64,000 nucleotides of DNA from a virus, in the IMG/VR virus record IMGVR_UViG_3300047323_000675. One strand, written 5' to 3'. The translations under genes were made by a program, and so were the position numbers. Below are positions 50,206 through 59,650 of the stretch, in pieces. Positions within the stretch are counted from its first letter, which is position 1, and every line of letters starts with the position of its first letter. Below the pieces are notes generated by a model that searched no databases, was not told the DNA's origin, and saw nothing but the letters and a program-made list of their open reading frames with translations.

Positions 50206-50682
50206 CTATATTTTTAATTTTTTATTTTGGGCTTCTTCCTTGATGGATATCTCATTTTCTAAAGATTCTTTATCTTCTCTAGCTTTAAACATATTTTTAA
50301 CTAAGCTAATAAAATTATTATTACTTTTACTAATTCTATTAAAATAGGCCTCGAAATTTTCAGAAACTGTTAACAAATTTTCTATTGCACCATTTTTAGG
50401 CATATTCAAATCAAAAATAAAATATGAAACAACATTTAAACTGCTACCAATCAAAGCTTGTTCAAAACCACTCTCTATATGTGTTTCTAAATTATTATAA
50501 GTTGATAATTCAGTATCATTTAAACAATATTTAACAAGTTTTAAATCATCAGATTTACAAGCATGAAAGAATATGGGTATTAAATATTGGTAATCTTTAT
50601 TTCTTTTAAGATCTTCAATCATAGCAGGAGTTATGATAAATCCATCTTCATTTGCATCATGAATATTTAATATATTAATCAT
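50206..50682 (-). CDS. ankyrin-family protein (short, divergent)
   Basis: ACKSDDLKLVKYCL...YFIFDLNMPK; ends KKLKI. Confidence 0.8.
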   Translation of the reverse strand: MINILNIHDANEDGFIITPAMIEDLKRNKDYQYLIPIFFHACKSDDLKLVKYCLNDTELSTYNNLETHIESGFEQALIGSSLNVVSYFIFDLNMPKNGAIENLLTVSENFEAYFNRISKSNNNFISLVKNMFKAREDKESLENEISIKEEAQNKKLKI

Positions 50683-51491
50683 AATTTCATCCTTTTATGT
50701 TGGCTTTCAGATACATTTACAGGTAAATTATTAGTTAAAGACTTATTAACATCTCTAAGGGTAAAAAATTTTTCTACTTGTTCTTTAAGTTTGTTTTCTT
50801 TTGTATTTATATAATTTTTAATACCTACTGTCATTTCTATATTTAAATCAAAAATAAGATATTGCAAAACTTCTAATCTTTGTTTTCTATAAGCAGTTCC
50901 AAAAAGGTCTTCTTGCCATTCTTTTATATCAAATTTTTCTATTAATTTGTCACTTGTAAATAAGAAATTAATTATATTTAAATGTCCTTTCATACTAGCA
51001 CAAACTAAAGCATAATCTGAACTAGCATGAATGTTTGGTCTATCTTTTAAATCAGATGAAGTCAGTAAGTATTCAACTACCTCTAAACTTCCATGATCAG
51101 CAGCAGAAGTATATGCCCAATCTGAACTAGCATGAATATTTGCATGTTCCTTTAATTCATGTGAAGTTAATAGAAATTTAACTAATTCTAAATTATTTTT
51201 ATCAGCAGATTTCTTTAACGGCAAACCATCACCTGAGTTGATGTCAGCATGAGTTTCTAATTCAGGTGATGTTAACAAATATTTTACTATTTCCAATTGA
51301 CCATATTCACACGCTAGTTGAAGATTTGTATCAAGTTGTCTTTGAATATCTATAGGAGCATTTAATTGCGCTTTAACTAAAAGATGACGGACAATATCAA
51401 ACTCACCATTCTTGATGGCATATTCCATATCCATAAGTTTATTGTTTTTAGTATCACCTCTAATGTTATTATTTTGTGGTAGTAGAATCAT
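50679..51491 (-). CDS. ankyrin-repeat protein
   Basis: ACEYGQLEIVKYLLTSPEL; ends KRMKL. Confidence 0.92.
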   Translation of the reverse strand: MILLPQNNNIRGDTKNNKLMDMEYAIKNGEFDIVRHLLVKAQLNAPIDIQRQLDTNLQLACEYGQLEIVKYLLTSPELETHADINSGDGLPLKKSADKNNLELVKFLLTSHELKEHANIHASSDWAYTSAADHGSLEVVEYLLTSSDLKDRPNIHASSDYALVCASMKGHLNIINFLFTSDKLIEKFDIKEWQEDLFGTAYRKQRLEVLQYLIFDLNIEMTVGIKNYINTKENKLKEQVEKFFTLRDVNKSLTNNLPVNVSESQHKRMKL

Positions 51492-51970
51492 AATTTTAAC
51501 CTTTTATTTTCTAGAGTTATTTCATTTATAGGCATACTATTATTCAAATCTCTAAGGATAAATAAATTTTCTATTTGAGGATTAGGAGAATATTTAAAAT
51601 ATTCATCTATATAGGGTTTCCTTTCTATATTTAATTCAAATATAAAGTATTCTATAATTTTTAATTGGTTAGCACTTAAAGCATTAACAAAAGGAGTATG
51701 GATATAATCATGTTCATATGCATGTAAATTAGCATTTTTCTTAAGTTCAGGAGAAAATAGCAAATATTTAATTAATTCTAGATGACCTCCTGAGCATGCC
51801 AACTCTAATCCTGAATCAATAAATTTTTCTGCATCAGCATGAATTTGCAATTCTGGGGATGTTAGCAAATATCTTACCTCATCTAAATTGCCAAACCTGC
51901 ATGACATCATCAATGCGCAATTTAAACCATTTTCATCACAATTGTTAAACTTTTTATATAACGGACTCAT
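51488..51970 (-). CDS. ankyrin-repeat protein (short)
   Basis: GLELACSGGHLELIKYLL; ends KRLKL. Confidence 0.9.
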   Translation of the reverse strand: MSPLYKKFNNCDENGLNCALMMSCRFGNLDEVRYLLTSPELQIHADAEKFIDSGLELACSGGHLELIKYLLFSPELKKNANLHAYEHDYIHTPFVNALSANQLKIIEYFIFELNIERKPYIDEYFKYSPNPQIENLFILRDLNNSMPINEITLENKRLKL

Positions 51971-52752
51971 AATTTTGGCCTTTTATTATTTTCTTTATCC
52001 AATATATTATCACTTAGCTCATTATTCAAATCTCTAACCATAAACATATTCTCTATATCTTTATTTGAGTTATTTTTTAGTAAATATTCAATGAATTCGG
52101 TTTTTTTAATTCCATATTCTATTACTAAATATTCAATCATATCCATTTGTTTATTGGAATATGACTCATGAAAAGCATGGTGAGCTAATGATTCAATATC
52201 AGCTTTTTCTTTTAATTGAGGATTGGTTAATACAAACTTTAAAATATTTAAATTTCCACTTCCAATAATTCCCTCTATTGGTCTATTGTCATTACCATGA
52301 ATATATGCATGATCGTCTAGCTCTGGTGATGTTAACAAATATTCAACAATGTGTAGATGTCCACCCAAACATGAAGAATATAATGCATAATCGTCATCAG
52401 CATGAATATTTGGATTATTTATATTATCTGAAGTTAATAGATATTTAACAACTTCTAAATGACCATTACTACAAGCAGAGCCTAATAGACTACTATCTTC
52501 TGAAAAAACAAAACCATGATTATCTAATTCAGGTGATTCTAATAAATATTTTAAAATTTTTAAGTTACCTTTTTCACAAAGATAAACTAAACCAGCTTGA
52601 TTCTGAGCATCAATGTCTGGATGGATCTCTAACTCTGTTGCAGTAAGTAAATAACAAATAAGATTGAAATCTTGGTCATAACATGCATCTATAAATGCTT
52701 GATCTAAAGAATCTTGTGAATAATGTTTGTAATCTTTATATGCTTCATTCAT
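51967..52752 (-). CDS. ankyrin-repeat protein
   Basis: ACSNGHLEVVKYLL; ends KRPKL. Confidence 0.92.
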   Translation of the reverse strand: MNEAYKDYKHYSQDSLDQAFIDACYDQDFNLICYLLTATELEIHPDIDAQNQAGLVYLCEKGNLKILKYLLESPELDNHGFVFSEDSSLLGSACSNGHLEVVKYLLTSDNINNPNIHADDDYALYSSCLGGHLHIVEYLLTSPELDDHAYIHGNDNRPIEGIIGSGNLNILKFVLTNPQLKEKADIESLAHHAFHESYSNKQMDMIEYLVIEYGIKKTEFIEYLLKNNSNKDIENMFMVRDLNNELSDNILDKENNKRPKL

Positions 52753-53555
52753 AATTTAACTTTCTTTTTATTAAGTTTAGCAGAAGAAAGTTTTTTTTCT
52801 AGTTTTTGTTCATTGACATATAGTTCAACATTTAGTGCTTGATTTAATTCTCTTATATTAAAGAAATCTTTTACTTTATTATGTTGTTCATCATTAAATA
52901 GGATTAAAGCTTCTTGTAAATGCTCACTAAAAGGTATATTTAAATCAAAAACACAATATTTGGCAATATCAAAATGTCCACCACTGACAGCATTTAGGAA
53001 GAAATTATCCTCAAACTTTTTATCTGTTCCTTTAGGGAAATGAAACTCAACTACATTTAAATGGCCTTTAAGGCATGCCCATTGAGTGGAATGCATTTCA
53101 AATTTATTAAGATTACGACTGCTTTTAATAACGGAATGATTAATAATAAACTCAACTATATTTAATTTTCCATGTTCTGAAGCATCACTAATAAGACCAA
53201 AAAATACAATATCTAATTGTGATTCTGGATAATATTTTTCAAAATTTTCTGTAAAGTATTTAAAGATGTTTAAGTAACCATTTTTTGCAGAAATTTTTAG
53301 TGGGTTTTCAATTCCAGATAAACTAGGGTTTTCACTTAAATCTGATGATGTAAGCAAATAATCTACAGCCGCTAAGTAGCCATGTTTTACAGAATGGAAA
53401 AGTGCTGCCTGTAAATAAATTTCAGAAACCTCCTTATCAATTAGGTTTTGATTTTTTAAAAGTTCTTGGATAAGACTTATATCATTTTTTGATTGAGCTA
53501 ATGTAAAAACTAGTTCGAATTCATTCAATAATTCTTGTGGTGTCTTTTTATTCAT
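52749..53555 (-). CDS. ankyrin-repeat protein with doubled tail helix
   Basis: ASEHGKLNIVEF, ACLKGHLNVVEF; ends ALNVELYVNEQKLEKKLSSAKLNKKKVKL. Confidence 0.88.
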   Translation of the reverse strand: MNKKTPQELLNEFELVFTLAQSKNDISLIQELLKNQNLIDKEVSEIYLQAALFHSVKHGYLAAVDYLLTSSDLSENPSLSGIENPLKISAKNGYLNIFKYFTENFEKYYPESQLDIVFFGLISDASEHGKLNIVEFIINHSVIKSSRNLNKFEMHSTQWACLKGHLNVVEFHFPKGTDKKFEDNFFLNAVSGGHFDIAKYCVFDLNIPFSEHLQEALILFNDEQHNKVKDFFNIRELNQALNVELYVNEQKLEKKLSSAKLNKKKVKL

Positions 53556-53580
53556 ATTTTATTTCCAATAATTGAATTAA

Positions 53581-54369
53581 TTATAGTTTTGGCTTTTTAA
53601 TATTAGAATCATTATTTAAGTCATACTTTAATTCAGAATTTAAGTCTTTAACATTGAATATAGTTTTAATAACTTTATTTTCTGGTTGATTAATATATCT
53701 ATCAATATCTACTGTTTTTTGTAAATTTTTTTCTAGAATAAGATATTTCATGACATCTAATCTTTTATTAATATAGTCTTTTACTTGTTCACTATTGCCG
53801 CCAACATGATTGGATGAGAAAACACTACATAAATATGAAAATCCATAAAAATCTTGTATTATTTTTAATGAAGCAGGCTCTTTTAATTTTGGGCTTTCCA
53901 AAAGAAATTTTACAATATTTAAATGACCTTTCTCACAAGCTACCATTAAAGGGGATTGAATATAGTTTATATTTGCTAATTTATCTAATTCAGGTGAACT
54001 GGATAAATATTCAACAACCTCAAATGACCCATTAGATGAGGCAAGATACAGTGAATAATCTAAACTTCTATATAAATATTCTTTATCCACATTAAGATCT
54101 GTAAAGATAAAATGAACAAGGTCATAATAATTTTTTTCACTAGCAGCAAGAAGAATCATTTCCTCAAGCGAAAGACGAAGATAATCAATAGACTCTTTTT
54201 TATAAATCTTTCTCTCTTCTTCTAATTCCGGTGATATTAAAAGAAATTTCAAGAAATTTATATCTATACTTTTTTCCTTAAAAGATTCAGATATAGCTTC
54301 ATTTAAACCAATAACAATATCTAGATGATTCTTGCTTAAGGATTTATATTTCTCAAAATAAACACTCAT
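53581..54369 (-). CDS. ankyrin-repeat protein
   Basis: SPLMVACEKGHLNIVKFLL; ends KKPKL. Confidence 0.9.
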   Translation of the reverse strand: MSVYFEKYKSLSKNHLDIVIGLNEAISESFKEKSIDINFLKFLLISPELEEERKIYKKESIDYLRLSLEEMILLAASEKNYYDLVHFIFTDLNVDKEYLYRSLDYSLYLASSNGSFEVVEYLSSSPELDKLANINYIQSPLMVACEKGHLNIVKFLLESPKLKEPASLKIIQDFYGFSYLCSVFSSNHVGGNSEQVKDYINKRLDVMKYLILEKNLQKTVDIDRYINQPENKVIKTIFNVKDLNSELKYDLNNDSNIKKPKL

Positions 54370-55007
54370 AATTTTGCTCTCTTTTTATACCCTTTTTCAA
54401 TGATTAGTTCTTGCTTTAATGACTCATTTAAATCTCTTGCTTCAAACATTTTTTCAATTTGGACATTAGGCCACTTGGTAAGATAAGATTTAATATTTTC
54501 AGTTTTTTTAATATTTTGCTCAAAGATAAGATATTCTGCAATATTTAAACTGTTTTTTTGGCAAACATAAATGAATAAATAATCATTATTTACATGCATA
54601 TCCAATTTATTTTTTGGATTAGAGTGGTTAATTAAATAATCAATAATTTCTACATAATCATTATCACAAGAAAACTCTACTAAAGAACTATTAGGAGATA
54701 CATTAATATGATGATGAGCGTTAGAATTAAGAAAATGTTTAACAGCATCTAAATCATTTTGCCATGCAGATGTAGCAACAGCAGTATTAAAAATTTCTTC
54801 AAGTTTATCGTCTTTAGGAAAATTTAAGATTTTTATAGTAATTTTTTCAATGTTTATTAAATCATGATTAACACAAGCATCATAAAGTAACTTACTTAAC
54901 TCTTTTAGATCTGCCCTATTTTTTAACTCGATATTTGATTTACCAAATAAAGATATTGTCGTAAAGGATAAATTTAAAAACCTTTTTAACTTCGTATAAA
55001 TATTCAT
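54366..55007 (-). CDS. ankyrin-repeat protein (divergent)
   Basis: ACVNHDL, SCDNDYVEIIDYL, DMHVNNDYLF; ends KRAKL. Confidence 0.82.
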   Translation of the reverse strand: MNIYTKLKRFLNLSFTTISLFGKSNIELKNRADLKELSKLLYDACVNHDLINIEKITIKILNFPKDDKLEEIFNTAVATSAWQNDLDAVKHFLNSNAHHHINVSPNSSLVEFSCDNDYVEIIDYLINHSNPKNKLDMHVNNDYLFIYVCQKNSLNIAEYLIFEQNIKKTENIKSYLTKWPNVQIEKMFEARDLNESLKQELIIEKGYKKRAKL

Positions 55008-55480
55008 ATTTTAGACTTATTTTTTTCTTGTTTATTAGTTAAAAGTGTTTGATTTAATTCTCTAGCTTGAAACATGCTTTCGGCTTTTTTTGTAATATCC
55101 ATTAAATTATACTCATTTAAAATTTGATCTATAATTGAATTTTTTTCAAATTTTAAATCAAAAATATAAAATTGCAGAAGCTCTTCAGAATTATTATTTA
55201 TTGCTTCTCTAAAGGCATATTCAGAATTTGCATGTATATCTGCATGTCGTTTTAATTTTGGACTAGACACTAAATATTTAATTGCTTTAATTTGGTTTTT
55301 TTTACAAGCCCATCTTAAAGGATTATTGTTATTTAATCTTATATATGGATGAAATTGCAATTCAGGTGATAAAAGCAAAAATTCAATTAATTCTAATTGA
55401 CCAAAAGCACAAGCTTTAACAAGTGAAGAATTAAGATCTTCTACTCCAAGACGCTTATATAAATCAATATCTATTTTCAT
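55004..55480 (-). CDS. ankyrin-repeat protein (short)
   Basis: PLRWACKKNQIKAIKYL; ends NKSKI. Confidence 0.88.
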   Translation of the reverse strand: MKIDIDLYKRLGVEDLNSSLVKACAFGQLELIEFLLLSPELQFHPYIRLNNNNPLRWACKKNQIKAIKYLVSSPKLKRHADIHANSEYAFREAINNNSEELLQFYIFDLKFEKNSIIDQILNEYNLMDITKKAESMFQARELNQTLLTNKQEKNKSKI

Positions 55481-56073
55481 AATTTAATTTTTTTAGACAT
55501 ATGTTCTGTTATTGTTAATTCTTCATTTAACTCTCTAGCTAAAAACATACTATCAATATGTTTATGATAATTCATATTGCCATTATAAGTGATGACTTTT
55601 TGTAAATGTTCTTTTATATCATCGGTATATGGTATTTTATAATCAAATATAAGATATTTTAATACTTCTTCTTTTTCTCTATAAAAAGCTAATTTAAAAG
55701 CATTATCATTACCCTCGTGAACATTTGCATGTTCTTTTAAATTTGGTGAAGAAAGCAGATATTTTACTAAAGAAATATCACCATTAACACAAGCATAACT
55801 TAAACCACTAACTTCATGTTCTTTTAAGCCATTGTTAATATTAGAGTGATTTTGTAATTCTGTAGATGTAAGAAGATATTCTACAATATCAAAACTTTGG
55901 CTTCTACAAGCTTCACGGAAAGGTTGATCATTATTAAAATTAATATCAACATCTTTTTTTGTAATTAGATATTTAACTCTATCTAACCTACCTAAACAAC
56001 AAGCATCAACTAAACATCCTGCTAATTGTCCAGGACTGCGATCACTATATAAATCTTCTAAATCATTATTCAT
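55477..56073 (-). CDS. ankyrin-repeat protein
   Basis: GLSYACVNGDISLVKYLL; ends KKIKL. Confidence 0.9.
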   Translation of the reverse strand: MNNDLEDLYSDRSPGQLAGCLVDACCLGRLDRVKYLITKKDVDINFNNDQPFREACRSQSFDIVEYLLTSTELQNHSNINNGLKEHEVSGLSYACVNGDISLVKYLLSSPNLKEHANVHEGNDNAFKLAFYREKEEVLKYLIFDYKIPYTDDIKEHLQKVITYNGNMNYHKHIDSMFLARELNEELTITEHMSKKIKL

Positions 56074-56726
56074 AATTTTATTTTCGTTTTATATATCTTA
56101 TCAGAATAAAGTTCTTTTTCTAGCTCCAAGTTTAATTCTCTTTTCTGAAACATTCCTTCTACAAATAGATCAGGAGTTGCCTTTAAATATTTTATGATAT
56201 CGTCATTTTTAGGAATATTTAAATTGAAAATAAAATACTCAAGTATATGGTAATGCTTTTTCATACAACACATCTTGAAAGCATGATCATTCTTTGCATG
56301 AAGATTAGCTTTATAAATTAAATCACGAGATTCTAATAAATACTTTACAACATCAAGATGACCATTAATACATGCCCATCCTAATCCATTATCATCATTT
56401 GCATGGATATTAGCTTTAATCTGTAAATCTTTGGATGTAAGTAAATATTTAACTATATCAAGATGTCCGTAAGCACAAGCTATTCTAAATCCATATGCAT
56501 CATCTCTAACTAAGTAAGCATGCTCCTTTAATTCAGGACTAGTCAACAAATATTTAACTATATGTAAATGCCCATTGGAACAAGCTTGTTTAAATGCAAT
56601 ATCTCGATCATAATGAATATCTGCATGTTGTTTTAAATTAGGAGAAGTTAACCAATATCTAACATCGTCCAAATCTCCTTCTTCACAAGATTTTCGTAAA
56701 AAATCATTAAGTCTATCTTGATTCAT
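56070..56726 (-). CDS. ankyrin-repeat protein
   Basis: GLGWACINGHLDVVKYLL; ends TKIKL. Confidence 0.93.
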   Translation of the reverse strand: MNQDRLNDFLRKSCEEGDLDDVRYWLTSPNLKQHADIHYDRDIAFKQACSNGHLHIVKYLLTSPELKEHAYLVRDDAYGFRIACAYGHLDIVKYLLTSKDLQIKANIHANDDNGLGWACINGHLDVVKYLLESRDLIYKANLHAKNDHAFKMCCMKKHYHILEYFIFNLNIPKNDDIIKYLKATPDLFVEGMFQKRELNLELEKELYSDKIYKTKIKL

Positions 56727-57442
56727 ATTTTTACTTTTTTTGTTGATATTGATTTACAGTTTAATTGATTAGTTAATTCAGAATTAATTTCTTGTAATTC
56801 AAACATTTTTTTAGCATGCACATTAAGAGGTAAGTCATTCTTAAGAAATTCTTCAATATACTTTGTTTTAGCAATATTGAAGTCAACAATAAGAAACTGC
56901 ATTAATTCTTTATGGTTATTAGTAACAACATATCTAAATACCAAATCATTTCGACAATGGACATTTATATGTTCTGTAAATTTTTCATGTGTTAATAAGT
57001 ATTTAAGAATATCATATTGCCCTTCTCTTGCAGCAGTAATTAAAAAATCATTTCCATAAGTCTCGATAGAAATTTTCGGTGATTCTAAAATATTTTGTGG
57101 TAAGAGAAAAAAATTTAGTATTTTTAAATTTCCTTCTTTTGCGGCACTATCAAAAGAATAAAAAAGCATTTGTTCAGGTATAACAATATTATGTGATTTT
57201 TCTAATGAGAAAAGATATTTGAGTAATTCAAGATGATTATAGGTGCAAGCAGCGTTTATTGCTCGTCTTACTTGTTCATGCAGATCAGGTAAACAAGGAG
57301 CTTCATCTGAATGAAGCAAAAACTTAACTGCTTCTATATCCCCAAATTTACATATTTCATAAAATTCACCAATTGGATCAGTTAAATGAGAAATTCCAAT
57401 TTGTCCTTGATGATATTTATTGTTATATTCTTGTAAATTCAT
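56723..57442 (-). CDS. ankyrin-repeat protein
   Basis: AAREGQYDILKYLL; ends KKVKI. Confidence 0.88.
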   Translation of the reverse strand: MNLQEYNNKYHQGQIGISHLTDPIGEFYEICKFGDIEAVKFLLHSDEAPCLPDLHEQVRRAINAACTYNHLELLKYLFSLEKSHNIVIPEQMLFYSFDSAAKEGNLKILNFFLLPQNILESPKISIETYGNDFLITAAREGQYDILKYLLTHEKFTEHINVHCRNDLVFRYVVTNNHKELMQFLIVDFNIAKTKYIEEFLKNDLPLNVHAKKMFELQEINSELTNQLNCKSISTKKVKI

Positions 57443-57482
57443 TTAATTTTTATCTTTGTTGTAATTTGTCTAAAACTTTTAA

Positions 57483-57491
57483 ATTATACCA
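57483..57491 (-). promoter_or_regulatory. extended -10 promoter element (TGGTATAAT)
   Basis: TGnTATAAT in the 64-bp gap upstream of 57442. Confidence 0.45.
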
Positions 57492-57506
57492 AAAAAGAAA
57501 AAAATA

Positions 57507-58349
57507 TTAAATTTTTGATTTAGTAAATTGTTTGCAGTTATAATTGATAGTTAATTCTGAATCTAAGTTATTGTGTAATTCACGCTTAAACAATAATTGT
57601 GCTGCTATATGATTAGAATTATTTTCCATAAATTCTTTAATTGGGGGAAGGATTTTAATCTTATAATCAAATACTAAATAGTGCCAAACACCTTCTTTAC
57701 AGTTTGAAGGAGTATTGACTAATTCAAAAAATGGCTGGCAATTATCATCATAAATATTAGCATGTTCTGTAAGCTTAGGGCTTGTAAGTAAATATTTAAC
57801 CATATGTTCATTTGGTAATGAGCTACGAAATGCCCATCGCAATGCTCTATTCCCATATGCATGAATATTAGCTCTTTCTTTAAGTTTTTTGTGAGTTAAT
57901 AAATATTGAGCTATAGTTGGTTGACTGCCACGACAAGCAGTGGCTAAAACTTCTTCATTATTATAATGAATATCAATAGGAGTGGAAAAATTGTCAGCAG
58001 TAAGTAAATAACGAATAGTAGGGAAGCAGCCATATGTACAGGCACTAACCAATGCCTTTTCTTTTGCAAAGTCAGCAACCCTAATACATTCTAATCCATC
58101 GTGTTCTCCTAAACAGTTTATAGAATTACTAAACAAACACTTTGATTTATTTGCATCATCACTATGAGTTGATATTTCAGGAGAAGTTAATAAAAATTTC
58201 ACAACATCTACAGCATTTGTTCCTGCTGCAAACATAAGTAATTCATTATTATTAAAAAAAATATCCACACCTAATTGCGGATCGTTTAAGTAATCTCTAA
58301 GTTTTATTAAATCATTTTCTTTAACTGCATCATATAATTTTTGGCTCAT
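57507..58349 (-). CDS. ankyrin-repeat protein
   Basis: NIHAYGNRALRWAF, ACTYGCFPTIRYLL; ends TKSKI. Confidence 0.88.
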   Translation of the reverse strand: MSQKLYDAVKENDLIKLRDYLNDPQLGVDIFFNNNELLMFAAGTNAVDVVKFLLTSPEISTHSDDANKSKCLFSNSINCLGEHDGLECIRVADFAKEKALVSACTYGCFPTIRYLLTADNFSTPIDIHYNNEEVLATACRGSQPTIAQYLLTHKKLKERANIHAYGNRALRWAFRSSLPNEHMVKYLLTSPKLTEHANIYDDNCQPFFELVNTPSNCKEGVWHYLVFDYKIKILPPIKEFMENNSNHIAAQLLFKRELHNNLDSELTINYNCKQFTKSKI

Positions 58350-58364
58350 TATTCTTGGAAATAG

Positions 58365-58751
58365 TTATAATTTAAATTTTTTATTCTCATAATCATTATT
58401 TGTCAAATTACAATTCAATTCTTTTTTTAAATCTCTAGTAATAAACATTTTACCAATTATTTCATCTTGTGATGTTTTAAGTATTTTATCTATATGTTCA
58501 GTTTTTTGTATATTCATATCGAAAATAAAAAATTTTAGAAGTTCTATATGATTATATAAATAAGCTTGTCCAAAAGGAGAATCCTGACCACAATGTATAT
58601 CAGCATGAAATCTGAATTCTGGAGTAGTTAATAAAATTTTTGCTTGGTCTATATTTCCACTAATACATGATTTAACTAAAGCATGATTTAGTTCATATTG
58701 ATTGAAATTTCTACATGATTTAATAAATAAATTTTTATTTTTTTTGTTCAT
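58365..58751 (-). CDS. ankyrin-family protein (short)
   Basis: SCISGNIDQAKILLTTPEF...HADIH; ends KKFKL. Confidence 0.82.
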   Translation of the reverse strand: MNKKNKNLFIKSCRNFNQYELNHALVKSCISGNIDQAKILLTTPEFRFHADIHCGQDSPFGQAYLYNHIELLKFFIFDMNIQKTEHIDKILKTSQDEIIGKMFITRDLKKELNCNLTNNDYENKKFKL

Positions 58752-59650
58752 TATAATTTAGGTTTCTTATTTTTAACACTATCTTTATTTTCTAAACTAA
58801 GCTCTTTATTTAAATCCCTGGTAATAAACCAAGTATTTATTTCTTTAAGATTATAGTCTTGGATATATTTTTCTATAAAAGAAGTTTTTTCTATATTATA
58901 TTCAAATATTAAATAATGAATAATATTCATATTTTTTTCTTCTATAGCACATATAAATGGTGAGTCACTATTATTATGAATATCTATATAATTTTTAGCT
59001 TGTGGTAAATTTAAAATATAATTAAGAGTATCTAATGCCCCTTCATAACAGGCATGGAATATTGCTTGATTTATACATTTATGAAGATTAATATTTTCTT
59101 TTAAATCTGAACTTTCTAAAACATACTTAGCAATATCTAAATGATTTCCAGCACATGCATAAATAAAAACTTCTTCGTTATTAGCATGAATATCAGCATG
59201 TTGTTTAAGTTCTTTAGATGTAAGTAAATACTTAACTATTTCTAAGTGTCCTCCATAACTTGCTTCAGTAAGTACAGATGGATTTATATTTGAATGCTTC
59301 TGAAGCTCATTACTAGTTAATAAATATTTCACTATATCTAAATATCCATTTCTGCATGCATTTTTTAAAGCTTGCTCATGACTTCCATTAATATCAGGTG
59401 GGTTATTAATCTTTGTAGAAGTTAATAAATATTTTACTATATCTAAATGACCATTTTCGCATGCTTGGTAAAGCCCATTAAAAGGTTCAACACTATTATA
59501 AATACGATTAGGTTCTGCATGAAATTTCAATATTGGATCATGTAAAACAAATTTAACTAATTCTAAATCTCCATTAATACATGCATTTATGAAGACATCA
59601 TTTATTTGTATTTGGTTTTTATTGGCATAAAAATTTTTATCAATTTTCAT
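58751..59650 (-). CDS. ankyrin-repeat protein (many repeats)
   Basis: ACENGHLDIVKYLL; N-terminus MKIDK shared with 59647..60534; ends KKPKL. Confidence 0.93.
   Translation of the reverse strand: MKIDKNFYANKNQIQINDVFINACINGDLELVKFVLHDPILKFHAEPNRIYNSVEPFNGLYQACENGHLDIVKYLLTSTKINNPPDINGSHEQALKNACRNGYLDIVKYLLTSNELQKHSNINPSVLTEASYGGHLEIVKYLLTSKELKQHADIHANNEEVFIYACAGNHLDIAKYVLESSDLKENINLHKCINQAIFHACYEGALDTLNYILNLPQAKNYIDIHNNSDSPFICAIEEKNMNIIHYLIFEYNIEKTSFIEKYIQDYNLKEINTWFITRDLNKELSLENKDSVKNKKPKL

Noticed and set aside
2563-59650. Stop-codon recoding (TGA read-through) fusing the genes into polyproteins
   Set aside because: At the TGA junctions the next gene starts in a different frame, and TAA-ending genes stop at the same motif, so code 11 fits
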